This document shows positions 19,471 through 29,276 of a stretch of 64,000 bases of DNA, in pieces; within the stretch, counting starts at the first letter, position 1; every line of letters starts with the position of its first letter. The stretch lies in IMG/VR virus record IMGVR_UViG_3300027996_002186, positions 372,001-436,000 of that record; one strand, 5' to 3'. The translations under genes were made by a program, and so were the position numbers. A model generated the notes under the pieces. It did not search any database and was not told the origin of the DNA. It saw only the letters and a list, made by a program, of their open reading frames with translations.

Positions 19471-20742
19471 ATGGAAGAAAATAAACAAAATAGTGAGAAA
19501 GAAACACCAATAGTGATTGGTGAATTTAAACCAAAGAGAAAATTCTTAACTTTCGTATCAGCAATTAATGGAGCGAGAGTTCGTTTAATTCGTGATATTG
19601 CCTTTCTAAAAGGAGAGAAACTCTCAGGAGTTTTAGAAGGAGTTATTTTCAAATTAACGATTTGTGATGAAGGTACTATAAAATTTGAAGAAGAAGGTAC
19701 TAAACAAACAGACGCAGCTCAGCGTCAAAGATTACTTGATGATATTGATGTAATAGATGTAACAGGATACGCACAGAAGTTCGTTGTTAATGGTCTAGAA
19801 TTTGCTGATGTTGATGGTAATCTTTGTTACTTAGAAGTAGAACACCAAAAACCAATTGATAAACTAAAATCATTTTTTGAAGATATGGATAAAGAAACAG
19901 AGGAAGTAATACTTTCCAATAAGGGTCTTAGTGCTCTTGATGCACTACTTAACATGACTAAAGATGTTGAGGAAGATGTTGAAGAATTTGACGAAGAACA
20001 CACAACAGACATGGTTATGAACTCAATGGTTGAGGATATGACTGATGAAGAAGTAAATGAAATTGATGAAGAAGTAAATGAAATTGTTGAAGAAGTAAAA
20101 CCTAAGAGTTATATGGAAGAGCAATTCGAAAGAATGAATGATGAAAAAGTAACTGAATTAAAAACTAGAGTATCTGATAAACAAGATGATGTTAGAAAAT
20201 ATCAAAAAGAGATTTCATTCTCTGAGTCTAAGTTAAAAGAAACACAAGATGCACTTGGTATACTTGAGACAAGACTCGATAGTATGTCTGGTGGAGAAGA
20301 TTCAAATGGATTTGTATTCTTTGTATCAGAAGAACAAAAGAATGAAACTGGCCTTGACGAAAACACAAAAGAAATAGCTGATAAGATTGCTGATTTAATG
20401 AATCTTAAAAAAGATGTTTTGTTTAAGTATTTAACCGGTGGATTCTATAAAATAAGAATTAATACAAAGGATGATTTTGAAAACAATGAATCTGAATTTA
20501 GTAAAGAAATTTTATCAAATGTTATTGATATCGACTCGTCTGGTAAATTCACATTAATTGGGAATGGAGAATTTGAATATAGAGGTGAATTAAATTGGCA
20601 TCAACTTGTTGGTAAAATGATACGTACCGGTTTTGAACAAGAGCCAGATTTTGATAAATTCTGCAATTCGAATTCTTATGACACATCAGTCTTAAATGAT
20701 TTATCCGAAGATGATATTGGTAAAGATGATATCACAACTTAA
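19471..20742 (+). CDS. Acidic hypothetical protein with coiled coil
   Basis: 423 aa; host-type promoter; acidic linker. Confidence 0.8.
   Translation: MEENKQNSEKETPIVIGEFKPKRKFLTFVSAINGARVRLIRDIAFLKGEKLSGVLEGVIFKLTICDEGTIKFEEEGTKQTDAAQRQRLLDDIDVIDVTGYAQKFVVNGLEFADVDGNLCYLEVEHQKPIDKLKSFFEDMDKETEEVILSNKGLSALDALLNMTKDVEEDVEEFDEEHTTDMVMNSMVEDMTDEEVNEIDEEVNEIVEEVKPKSYMEEQFERMNDEKVTELKTRVSDKQDDVRKYQKEISFSESKLKETQDALGILETRLDSMSGGEDSNGFVFFVSEEQKNETGLDENTKEIADKIADLMNLKKDVLFKYLTGGFYKIRINTKDDFENNESEFSKEILSNVIDIDSSGKFTLIGNGEFEYRGELNWHQLVGKMIRTGFEQEPDFDKFCNSNSYDTSVLNDLSEDDIGKDDITT
20044..20099 (+). repeat. In-frame 21-bp tandem repeat (2 full copies plus a partial)
   Basis: gatgaagaagtaaatgaaatt x2 + gttgaagaagtaaa, encoding DEEVNEI repeats. 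Confidence 0.85.
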
Positions 20743-20819
20743 AACTTGAAAAGATATTAACTTAAACCTAGATTATTAGAATAATATTTGTATATTTGTA
20801 AAAACAATAAATAGTTAAG

Positions 20820-22304
20820 ATGATTATAAAAAACATACACGAAAAACTTTTAAATGGTATCCAAACAATGTTAATTGATACTAAAGTAAATTTACCATAC
20901 TACGGTGAGTTTAACTTACATATCAATTTTGTTGAACAAGATTCTATCGGTACTTGCGCCGTAAACGTATCTTCAAAAGGTATGAACTTCTTTTATTCTC
21001 CTAAATTCTTAGAGGATATGTCACAAAAAGAAGTAAACTTCATTACTATACATGAGGATTTCCACTTATTATTCAATCACCCACAACGTACTGTTAGTGG
21101 TCAATACGACCACAAGATGTCTAACATCGCACAAGATATGATTATTAATCACGTTATTTGGGAAGATATTCCACACTCATTTGTTGAGATTCCTAAGTCG
21201 AAAGATGGTAAGAATATGGCACTTTTTGTACCTAAAGATTACCCTGGTAAACTTATCTTTGAAGAGTTATACGAATGGTTGAAAGACGAGAAAGAGAAAT
21301 GGGATAAAGAAAAGAAAGAACAAGACAAGTGTAAATCTTGTGATGGATCTGGAAAGAAAGAAGATAAAGACGAAAAAGGAGAAAAGTCTAAAGAAAAAGG
21401 CGAAGGTCAGAAGCCTGGTGAAGGTGACGGAGAAGGTGAGTCTAAAGAAAAGGGTCAAGACGAAGGTCAAGGTGACGGAGAAGGAGAATCTTGTCCTGAT
21501 TGTGATGGAACTGGAAACAAGGGTGGTAAAGATTCTGGTGGTAAAGACGCTTACGGACCTTATGGACAAAACCCATCAAAAGATTCTGAGTCATTAGATA
21601 CTTGGTCTAAAGAACAAATTTTCCAAGATATGGAAGATGGGAATGGTGAGTATATGGATAAACACATTGCTGATGATGTCCCGGAAGAAATGAGAGAAGG
21701 AATGGTTAAAGACGTTATGGAAAGACTTGCGGCTCGTGGGTTATCAGCGGGTAACGTTGAACAAACACTTAACAAACTTCGTAAGAGAAGAAAAGATTAC
21801 TTAAAAGATATAAAGAGAGCAGTTTCTAATGTGATTTTCGGTACTAAGAAACAAAAGACGATTGTTAAACCAAACAGACGACAGATTAAGGGTCTTAAAG
21901 GAAATCGTAAAGTTAAGACTAAGATAAACTGTATCCTTGATACCTCTGGTTCAATGGGTGGTACGTTTGAGAAAGTTCTTTCTTATGTATATAGAAATGA
22001 TATTGAAATCAACTTAATTGAGGCTGATACCGAAGTTAAGTGGGTTGAAACCATAAAGAAGAAAAGAGGGTTAGAAACACTTAAAATTAAAGGACTTGGT
22101 GGAACAATACTACAACCAGCAATTGATATGGTGGCGGCAGACTTCAACGACTTCAACACTGTTGTATTAACAGATGGTTATTGTGATTCACTTGACCTAA
22201 CAAGAATTAAAGGTAAAGTACTACTGATTTCAATTGGAGTTAAAGTACCTATCACGAGATCTAATGGAAAAGTAAAACAAATACTTGTCGAAAGAAACGA
22301 CTAA
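20820..22304 (+). CDS. DUF2201-type HExxH metallopeptidase-like + VWA domain protein
   Basis: IHEDFH, NIAQDMIIN, two CxxCxGxG motifs flanking a G/E/K linker, MIDAS DTSGSM, GGT, LTDGY. Confidence 0.88.
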   Translation: MIIKNIHEKLLNGIQTMLIDTKVNLPYYGEFNLHINFVEQDSIGTCAVNVSSKGMNFFYSPKFLEDMSQKEVNFITIHEDFHLLFNHPQRTVSGQYDHKMSNIAQDMIINHVIWEDIPHSFVEIPKSKDGKNMALFVPKDYPGKLIFEELYEWLKDEKEKWDKEKKEQDKCKSCDGSGKKEDKDEKGEKSKEKGEGQKPGEGDGEGESKEKGQDEGQGDGEGESCPDCDGTGNKGGKDSGGKDAYGPYGQNPSKDSESLDTWSKEQIFQDMEDGNGEYMDKHIADDVPEEMREGMVKDVMERLAARGLSAGNVEQTLNKLRKRRKDYLKDIKRAVSNVIFGTKKQKTIVKPNRRQIKGLKGNRKVKTKINCILDTSGSMGGTFEKVLSYVYRNDIEINLIEADTEVKWVETIKKKRGLETLKIKGLGGTILQPAIDMVAADFNDFNTVVLTDGYCDSLDLTRIKGKVLLISIGVKVPITRSNGKVKQILVERND

Positions 22305-22364
22305 AATAAAATTAAAAATATCCAGGTATAAATCTGTATAAACATAAATTAAATTAAAATAAAA

Positions 22365-22763
22365 ATGAGTGAATTTAAATGGTTTTTATCAGTATCAACA
22401 ATGATAATAGTGATAATAATTGGACTAATGATTGGGTTACCCAAGTATAACGTATGGAGATCATCAATTTCGATTGAAAAGGCCCAAAACTACGGTAAGG
22501 CTGCTATGGCTGAAGCTGAAGAAAATAGAAAGATTGCCATCGAGGAAGGTAAAGCAGACCTAGAAGTACAGAAGCTTAAATCACAAGCAGAGGTTATACG
22601 AGCAACTGGTATGGCTGAAGCTATCGAAATAGAGAATGGAAAATTAACAGCGATGTATATTCATTACCTTTGGGTAAGGAATATTGACAAGATGGACGGT
22701 GAAAAAATCTATATCCCAACAGAAGCTGGTCTACCTATATTAGAAGCTAGTCATTCTAAGTAG
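22365..22763 (+). CDS. Membrane protein related to the Band-7/SPFH coiled-coil region
   Basis: N-terminal TM, PKYNVW, GKAAMAEAE, AEVIRATG, IYIPTEAGLPILEA. Confidence 0.65.
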   Translation: MSEFKWFLSVSTMIIVIIIGLMIGLPKYNVWRSSISIEKAQNYGKAAMAEAEENRKIAIEEGKADLEVQKLKSQAEVIRATGMAEAIEIENGKLTAMYIHYLWVRNIDKMDGEKIYIPTEAGLPILEASHSK

Positions 22764-22783
22764 ATTTTAAAATTAATGTGAAA

Positions 22784-22813
22784 AAAAAGACCTAGATTTC
22801 TCTAGGTCTTTTT
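22784..22813. terminator. Bidirectional intrinsic terminator
   Basis: aaaaagacctaga-tttc-tctaggtcttttt between convergent genes. Confidence 0.85.
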
Positions 22814-22840
22814 ATATACAAATTTTTAATTTATTTCATC

Positions 22841-23095
22841 TTAAAACTCAATCTTCTTGATATTACGTAAGTCTATCCCATATTCATTATTATCATATTC
22901 TATGGTGACTAATCCATCCTCATCTACACTAACAGCTCTCAAAGGATCCTCTTCTTCTATACCAGGTAAATCCTTAATAGCTGTTGCATAAACAACACCT
23001 TCTCCTTTAATACATTTTATGATATCATCTTGTGTTATCAAAGATCCTTCTTCGTTATTTTGCTTAAAATCCTCAAATAATTTAATCCATTTCAT
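22841..23095 (-). CDS. Small hypothetical protein, CTS-like N-terminus
   Basis: MKWIKLFEDF. Confidence 0.75.
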   Translation of the reverse strand: MKWIKLFEDFKQNNEEGSLITQDDIIKCIKGEGVVYATAIKDLPGIEEEDPLRAVSVDEDGLVTIEYDNNEYGIDLRNIKKIEF

Positions 23096-23235
23096 GTTTG
23101 AATTTAATATTTTTTATTCACTTTTCTACAAACGTGTTGTATATTTTTGTTTATGAAACATATTGAGTTACATAACTTCACCACATTTATTGCACTTTTT
23201 CATCTTTCTATATATAAAAAATAATATATAATGTT

Positions 23236-24063
23236 ATGGAATGGATTAAAAGATTTGAAGAATTAAACTCAAATACATATAGATCAGCTGGAGATCATCT
23301 TATAAATATCAATAAGATATCAAGAGGTCAAAAACTAATTGATTATGCTGATGAAAAAGATTTCGGATTCTATAATGTTTGGTGGGGAAACACAAATAGT
23401 GCCATTAGTAAAAAACCTTTAGTGTTTACTAATCCAAAGTCTGATTTTATTTACAACGTTTTTAAGATAACTCGAGGAGGACCGAAAGCTAATGACATTA
23501 AACATAAACTTTCCAATAAGGGTCCAGAAGAATTAGTTAAAGATTGGTATGATGGAGTTTCTTCTTTATCATTCACCATAAATTTCACATTCAAAACCGC
23601 AGGTGAATCTTTAAAAGTACATGATAGATTAAAAAGATGGAAAGTTCCATTATTTTCTATAAACTTTCAAATAGCTGAGTGGGTAGAAAAAGAAGATTTT
23701 GAAGGTGTAGATGACGATCCGATAGTAAAAAATGCTCTTGATTTATATCAACACATGGATGGTTATCATTATCCACAGATTTCTATACAAAGACCTTTAG
23801 ATGATCACTACTTTGGTATATTTAGTGATAGAAAATCAGCCAATAAATTTAAAAGAGATGTACTTGGTCCTGCTATAGAAGAACATCATGATAAAATATT
23901 TGAGATATTCTCTATCATAGGAGCTTCTGCAAAAGATTTTGAAAAAGCAATTAAAGCATTTAAAAATATCAGAACCAACTATCTATATGATGAATCAATA
24001 GGAAGATCAAACCCAGAGCAATTATGGTATAATAATTATGGTTGGGATAATGAGATGCATTGA
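23236..24063 (+). CDS. Tandem paralog 1 of 4, CTS-like N-terminus
   Basis: MEWIKRFEELNSNTYRSAG; FSDRKSANKF; IRTNYLY. Confidence 0.8.
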   Translation: MEWIKRFEELNSNTYRSAGDHLININKISRGQKLIDYADEKDFGFYNVWWGNTNSAISKKPLVFTNPKSDFIYNVFKITRGGPKANDIKHKLSNKGPEELVKDWYDGVSSLSFTINFTFKTAGESLKVHDRLKRWKVPLFSINFQIAEWVEKEDFEGVDDDPIVKNALDLYQHMDGYHYPQISIQRPLDDHYFGIFSDRKSANKFKRDVLGPAIEEHHDKIFEIFSIIGASAKDFEKAIKAFKNIRTNYLYDESIGRSNPEQLWYNNYGWDNEMH

Positions 24064-24090
24064 TATGGTAATAAATAAAGATATAAAGAT

Positions 24091-24834
24091 ATGAAATACT
24101 TAAAACGATTTAACGAAGAGTTAAAACCTCAAACATATAGAAGAGCGGCTCATAAACTTGATAAAATGGGTCATACTGGTAGAGCTAAGGAATTAAAGGA
24201 TTGGTCTTATAAAATAGAAGATGATGTCAATATCACTAAATGGAAAAATAACTTAGAAGAATATAGTAAATTTGGAACATATAAATTGAATATTAAAACA
24301 GAGAAAGGTGACATAAGTGGTGATTTTTTCTTAGATATTATTTTTGATGGTGATAGTTTTGTGGATTCATTATATGACAATGAAGAAACCTCTAATAAAT
24401 CTGGTGGTATATGGTTCTTTGTTGGTATTATTCCAACAACAGAAGAACTTTTAAAAGAATGTAAAGATAAATTTCCGGATAATGATATGGGTAATGGTTT
24501 TTTCTGGGGATTGTCTGTTGGTTTAGATTATGAAATAGAAGATGATAAAGTTAATTTCAAGAAATTTGAAATTCATAATTATGACAAACACATATCAGGT
24601 GATATTTCTTTAGGTGATAGAGGAACCGCAAATAGATTTAGAAATATCTTAAAGAAGATGTTTACTGATCCATCATTCAATTATCCAAGTGGTAGAAATG
24701 ATGTTGAATATGTGTATCAAGCATTTGAACAAGTTATTTTAAGCGAAGCTGGATTCTCATCAGATTATGGATTTAAATTAGAAGATGTTGCTGAGTTTAT
24801 AAATACTATATCAATAAATACACTATATAAATAA
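24091..24834 (+). CDS. Tandem paralog 2 of 4
   Basis: MKYLKRFNEELKPQTYRRAAHKLDKMGH; DRGTANRF; ISINTLY. Confidence 0.8.
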   Translation: MKYLKRFNEELKPQTYRRAAHKLDKMGHTGRAKELKDWSYKIEDDVNITKWKNNLEEYSKFGTYKLNIKTEKGDISGDFFLDIIFDGDSFVDSLYDNEETSNKSGGIWFFVGIIPTTEELLKECKDKFPDNDMGNGFFWGLSVGLDYEIEDDKVNFKKFEIHNYDKHISGDISLGDRGTANRFRNILKKMFTDPSFNYPSGRNDVEYVYQAFEQVILSEAGFSSDYGFKLEDVAEFINTISINTLYK

Positions 24835-25736
24835 TGAAATACTTAAAACGATTTAACGAAGAATTAAACTCTTATACTTATACTAAAGCGGCGAATGCTC
24901 TTAAAAAAATGGGTCATAATAGAAGATCTAGTGTTTTAACAAAATGGGGAGAAGAAACCAAGAAAAGAGAAAAAATAAAAGCTGCGAATGAATTAAGAGC
25001 TAAGCTTGAAAAGACACCACCATTTAGTATGAAAATTTTCAGAGATAAGTGGAATAGTGCCACGAAAAGTAGAGATTTCTCACAAGGTCCTTATCTTGAA
25101 GGTAATTTTTACTTAGGAGCTTATTTTGAAGAAGACTGGGCTTATGATGGTGAATATTTTATGGAATATGAACAGGATAATAAATCAACGATGCAATTTT
25201 CATTTGGTTTATCACTTTTTCCAGCTGATGAAGAAACACAATTAAAGTTTGATAAAGAAGAATGGGAAAATGAATGGAATAATCAAATCTGGCCAGTTAT
25301 TTTCACAATTAGATTAAATAATGATAAAACTACTTTAGATCAAGAAAAATCAGCATTCTTTTGGGAAGAAAGAGAGGATGGTAATTTTTTATTTTCAAGT
25401 AGGTCTGAAGCTATGAAATTCAAAAGATACTTAATATACTCATTGAGTGGTGTTGATAATGATTTTAGTAAAGCATTTAGTGGTGTTAAATCAATAATTA
25501 GTGATATGATTAAACGTTATAATGATAAAGATGGTTATTACTTGACTAGGGTTCCAAAAAACGTTGTTGGGAACGGTATTGTTTTCGATAGAGATGATTA
25601 TGAAATAATAAAAAAAGGTAATTTTGAATATTATTGGCCATTTGGTGATAAAGAATGTAATCTAAAGGAAAGTGATTATAATTATTTTGAGAAAGCGATT
25701 AAACGTATGGGTCTAAATAATTTATATAGAGATTAA
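24834..25736 (+). CDS. Tandem paralog 3 of 4
   Basis: MKYLKRFNEELNSYTYTKAANALKKMGH; FSSRSEAMKF; MGLNNLYRD. Confidence 0.8.
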   Translation: MKYLKRFNEELNSYTYTKAANALKKMGHNRRSSVLTKWGEETKKREKIKAANELRAKLEKTPPFSMKIFRDKWNSATKSRDFSQGPYLEGNFYLGAYFEEDWAYDGEYFMEYEQDNKSTMQFSFGLSLFPADEETQLKFDKEEWENEWNNQIWPVIFTIRLNNDKTTLDQEKSAFFWEEREDGNFLFSSRSEAMKFKRYLIYSLSGVDNDFSKAFSGVKSIISDMIKRYNDKDGYYLTRVPKNVVGNGIVFDRDDYEIIKKGNFEYYWPFGDKECNLKESDYNYFEKAIKRMGLNNLYRD

Positions 25737-26524
25737 TGAGATATTTAAGAAAATATAATGAAGAGTTAGATGGTAAGACTTACTTAGATGCCGCTCGTAA
25801 GCTAGGTAAACTAGGTCATAAAAATAGAGTATCTAAATTAAAAGACTGGGCCAAAAAAAGTGCATACAATTCTCTTAGGAAAGGAATTGAAAGTTTAGGA
25901 ACCTTTGAGTTAACTATTGATAGCAATTATGGCTCAACATATACTGGTGAGTTTTATATAGATTTACAATTCGATGAGGATCAATTCAATGATAGATATT
26001 ACAACTGGATTTGTGGTGATGTTATTGATCTTTGGCTTTATTTTAATATTAGTATTTTACCAGTAGATGATTCTTTCAAAAAACATGATTCTGCTAGTTC
26101 TGGAGAGATTAATGAAAAACTTAATGGATCCTATGGAATAGGTGAGATATCAATACATTTGGGTAATATTCCTGAGGATTTGGATGTGCATGATATGGAA
26201 AAAGTTTATCAAATATACCAAAAGGATAAGTACTCATCTAAAATACCACATGTGGTTAACCCCTTAGGTAAGGTTTCTATGGATTATTTTGATGTTCCTT
26301 TCTACTTTACTGATAGAAAATCAGCATCTAGGTTTAGAAAGGGTTTAATAGATATATTTAAGGGTAATATCGTTTATAAAGAAACTAGTAAACAACCTGG
26401 CGGATTAAAGGAAGAAATTATTGACTTTCTAATATCAGATAATAACTATCTTGATTTTGATGAATTCCAAATTTGGCTAGAAAGGTTAGGAAGAATAAAT
26501 ATTAATAGATTATATAAAGATTAA
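25736..26524 (+). CDS. Tandem paralog 4 of 4
   Basis: MRYLRKYNEELDGKTYLDAARKLGKLGH; FTDRKSASRF; ININRLYKD. Confidence 0.8.
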   Translation: MRYLRKYNEELDGKTYLDAARKLGKLGHKNRVSKLKDWAKKSAYNSLRKGIESLGTFELTIDSNYGSTYTGEFYIDLQFDEDQFNDRYYNWICGDVIDLWLYFNISILPVDDSFKKHDSASSGEINEKLNGSYGIGEISIHLGNIPEDLDVHDMEKVYQIYQKDKYSSKIPHVVNPLGKVSMDYFDVPFYFTDRKSASRFRKGLIDIFKGNIVYKETSKQPGGLKEEIIDFLISDNNYLDFDEFQIWLERLGRININRLYKD

Positions 26525-26539
26525 AACTTATATTTACAA

Positions 26540-27742
26540 ATGATAATCAAAAAATACAAAAAATTTTTAGAATCAACTAAAACAGAACAAGATATGTGGA
26601 ACATAATTCCAGATTCAGTTAAAGATTTGCATAAACTTTTCCAATCAAGTGGTAAGAAATTATACCTTGTTGGAGGATCAGTTCGTGATTTTTTAACAAA
26701 TGACACCCCAAAAGATTTTGATTTAGCAACTGATGCACTTCCGGATGAAGTGTTAGAGATTGTTAAAGGTAAATACAGAACTAACTTACAAGGTAAGGCA
26801 TTTGGTGTTGTAGTTGTTTATACAGATGAAATTCCAGAAGGAATGGAAGTGGCTACATTCAGAGAAGATATAAGTAAAGGTAGAAATCCTGAGGTTAAAC
26901 TTGGTGTTACTATTGAAGATGATGTTAAGCGTAGAGATATAACTTACAACGCTCTTTTCTATGACTTAGATAAGAAAGAAATTATAGATTTAACTGGCGG
27001 TAAGGCAGATTTAGAATCTGGTATCACTAGAATGGTTGGTGAGCCAATAGAGAGGTTTGATGAAGATTCGCTTCGTATTCTTCGAGCATTTAGATTTGCA
27101 TCTAGATATGAACATCCATTACACAAAGATACAGAACGTGCAATAGAGAAGAGAAAACAACTTGAGAACATCGATCCTGAGACAGGAGACATGAAAAGAA
27201 TATCACAAGAAAGAGTTTGGGAAGAAATGACTAAAGCTTGGAAGCAAGCTAAAGATTACAGATACTACTTAAACTTCTTTACTAAGTTTGATATGTGGGA
27301 TCAAGTATTTCCTGGAGCTAACATCAACACAGAGTTGGTTGATAGTAAAAACTTTGCTGTTGTTATATCTAACCTATTTAAGAACGAATCTACTAGTGGT
27401 TTGGCTACTAAATTGATACAAGAGTATAAAATGGATTCTTGTTCAGATGTTACTGGTGTAGATAACTTAGTATCTAAGATAATATTCTTAATTGACTTCT
27501 TAAAATTCGATACTGATAAGGTATTTGAAACTTTCAAAAAGAAACAACAATGCGCTATTGATGATACAACCATTTTAGAGTGGTTAGATGTTAATAACAT
27601 AACAGATGATTATTTTATCAAGTTTGTTGAATACAAACCATCTGTCTCTGCAAAAGATTTGATGTTACAAGGGTTCAAGGGATCTAACTTGGGTAAGGAA
27701 ATCAAGAGATTGGAGATTGAAAAATTCAAGAATATTCTATAA
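26540..27742 (+). CDS. cca: Class II tRNA nucleotidyltransferase (CCA-adding enzyme family)
   Basis: LVGGSVRD, DFDLAT, EVATFR, RRDITYNA, EDSLRILRAFRF, ERVWEE. Confidence 0.93.
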   Translation: MIIKKYKKFLESTKTEQDMWNIIPDSVKDLHKLFQSSGKKLYLVGGSVRDFLTNDTPKDFDLATDALPDEVLEIVKGKYRTNLQGKAFGVVVVYTDEIPEGMEVATFREDISKGRNPEVKLGVTIEDDVKRRDITYNALFYDLDKKEIIDLTGGKADLESGITRMVGEPIERFDEDSLRILRAFRFASRYEHPLHKDTERAIEKRKQLENIDPETGDMKRISQERVWEEMTKAWKQAKDYRYYLNFFTKFDMWDQVFPGANINTELVDSKNFAVVISNLFKNESTSGLATKLIQEYKMDSCSDVTGVDNLVSKIIFLIDFLKFDTDKVFETFKKKQQCAIDDTTILEWLDVNNITDDYFIKFVEYKPSVSAKDLMLQGFKGSNLGKEIKRLEIEKFKNIL

Positions 27743-27788
27743 TTTCAAATTAATATTTTTTTAATAATTTTTTACAATATATACTCAT

Positions 27789-28526
27789 ATGATAAACTTC
27801 GTTACATATGTAAAAGATGTCGTTGGTAATAACTACCTGGCTATCAAATTCGATAAAGGAACAATAGAAACATACTTAAACCAATTAAAAGAAATTATTG
27901 GTTCTGATTTCGAAAACTTTACAGAGAACCAACAAAAAAGAGATGGTGGATCACATCACATGACCGTTATTAACGTAATGGATTATAATAAACTTTCTAA
28001 AGAAGTTGGTATGGATAAGTTTGTATCATCACTTGACTCAGTTTTCAACTATGAGATAGATGATTTGAAATTCATGGGTATTGGTACCGCTGAACGAAAT
28101 ACAAACAGAGCTTATTTTATTGTTTGTAAAAGTGATAAATTAGATGCTATTAGAACTAGATATGGGTTAAAAGATCACGACTTTCATATAACTTTAGGAT
28201 TTAAACACAAAGATGTTTTTGGTGTTAGAAAAAATGAGATAGTAAAAAAAGAGGGTAAGTTTCTGAAACTTTTGAAGCAGGAATTTTATAAGAGTGATAA
28301 TTGGAATTTTATAAGAAAGATTGAAAACTACCAACTCGACCCAAAATCAGAGATTATTCCTGTGTCTATAAGTGATTCACACTTGAAAGTAAAATGTTCT
28401 GGGTATTATATAGATATAACTTATATGGATGATGGTGAGAAATTTTGGATAGTTACAAAATATCCAATCGAAGAGGAATTACCTCGTATGTCAGAGACAG
28501 AAATTGCTAAAAAATTGAATAAATAA
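27789..28526 (+). CDS. 2H phosphoesterase (two HxT motifs)
   Basis: HHMTVI and DFHITLGF. Confidence 0.8.
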   Translation: MINFVTYVKDVVGNNYLAIKFDKGTIETYLNQLKEIIGSDFENFTENQQKRDGGSHHMTVINVMDYNKLSKEVGMDKFVSSLDSVFNYEIDDLKFMGIGTAERNTNRAYFIVCKSDKLDAIRTRYGLKDHDFHITLGFKHKDVFGVRKNEIVKKEGKFLKLLKQEFYKSDNWNFIRKIENYQLDPKSEIIPVSISDSHLKVKCSGYYIDITYMDDGEKFWIVTKYPIEEELPRMSETEIAKKLNK

Positions 28527-28527
28527 T

Positions 28528-28776
28528 ATGGAGTTACTTTACAGCTTAGATGAGTGCATAGATAGAGAAAGAGTAGTAGGTAGGTTAGAACTACTTAAAT
28601 TAGCAGGAAAATTATATTATGATATAGAATATGATATACTAGAAATAGAAGATTTAGATTTATCTGATGATGAGTTAGATAAGTTATTAAAGCTTCTAGA
28701 TAAAAACGATGTTATTGAATACACTGAAAGAGAGAATGATATTGATAAAGATGATTTTCTTAATGAAGATTATTAA
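28528..28776 (+). CDS. Small acidic hypothetical protein
   Basis: 82-aa ORF, D/E-rich. Confidence 0.65.
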   Translation: MELLYSLDECIDRERVVGRLELLKLAGKLYYDIEYDILEIEDLDLSDDELDKLLKLLDKNDVIEYTERENDIDKDDFLNEDY

Positions 28777-28836
28777 ACATCAACAAGTCTGATATTGGTG
28801 ATCAAATATCGAGTTGAATAAACTAATATATAGTAT

Positions 28837-29205
28837 ATGAAAAAGTTCACCGACATAACAGATAAAGATTCTTCAATGGAATTCAATAAAGATAAGGAGT
28901 CAGATTTATCAAATGATATAACAGAATTGAATGACCAAGTATCGGATGAAGTTAAGAATACTATTCTTGATGGTGAGTGGGAGATTTGTAATGTGATTGA
29001 TGTATCAGCTAACAAACCAACAAACGAAGCTATTATAATCAATGCTGAGTTGGGTGATAAACAAGTTAAAAGAGGAGAGTTTCTTTATGTAACAGCACTT
29101 ATAAATAAAAAAGGTCGACCATATCACCAGAGTCAAATGGGTGTTTTAAAGGTTAGAGTAGTGGAGATATATAACACACTATTAGTCCTAAATTCATTAA
29201 GATAA
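28837..29205 (+). CDS. Hypothetical late protein
   Basis: TAATATATA 4 nt upstream of ATG. Confidence 0.7.
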   Translation: MKKFTDITDKDSSMEFNKDKESDLSNDITELNDQVSDEVKNTILDGEWEICNVIDVSANKPTNEAIIINAELGDKQVKRGEFLYVTALINKKGRPYHQSQMGVLKVRVVEIYNTLLVLNSLR

Positions 29206-29276
29206 CATGAAATGTGTTAAAATACACATAAAATATTAACAACTAAATCAATATTTATATCTAAACACCACATCAC

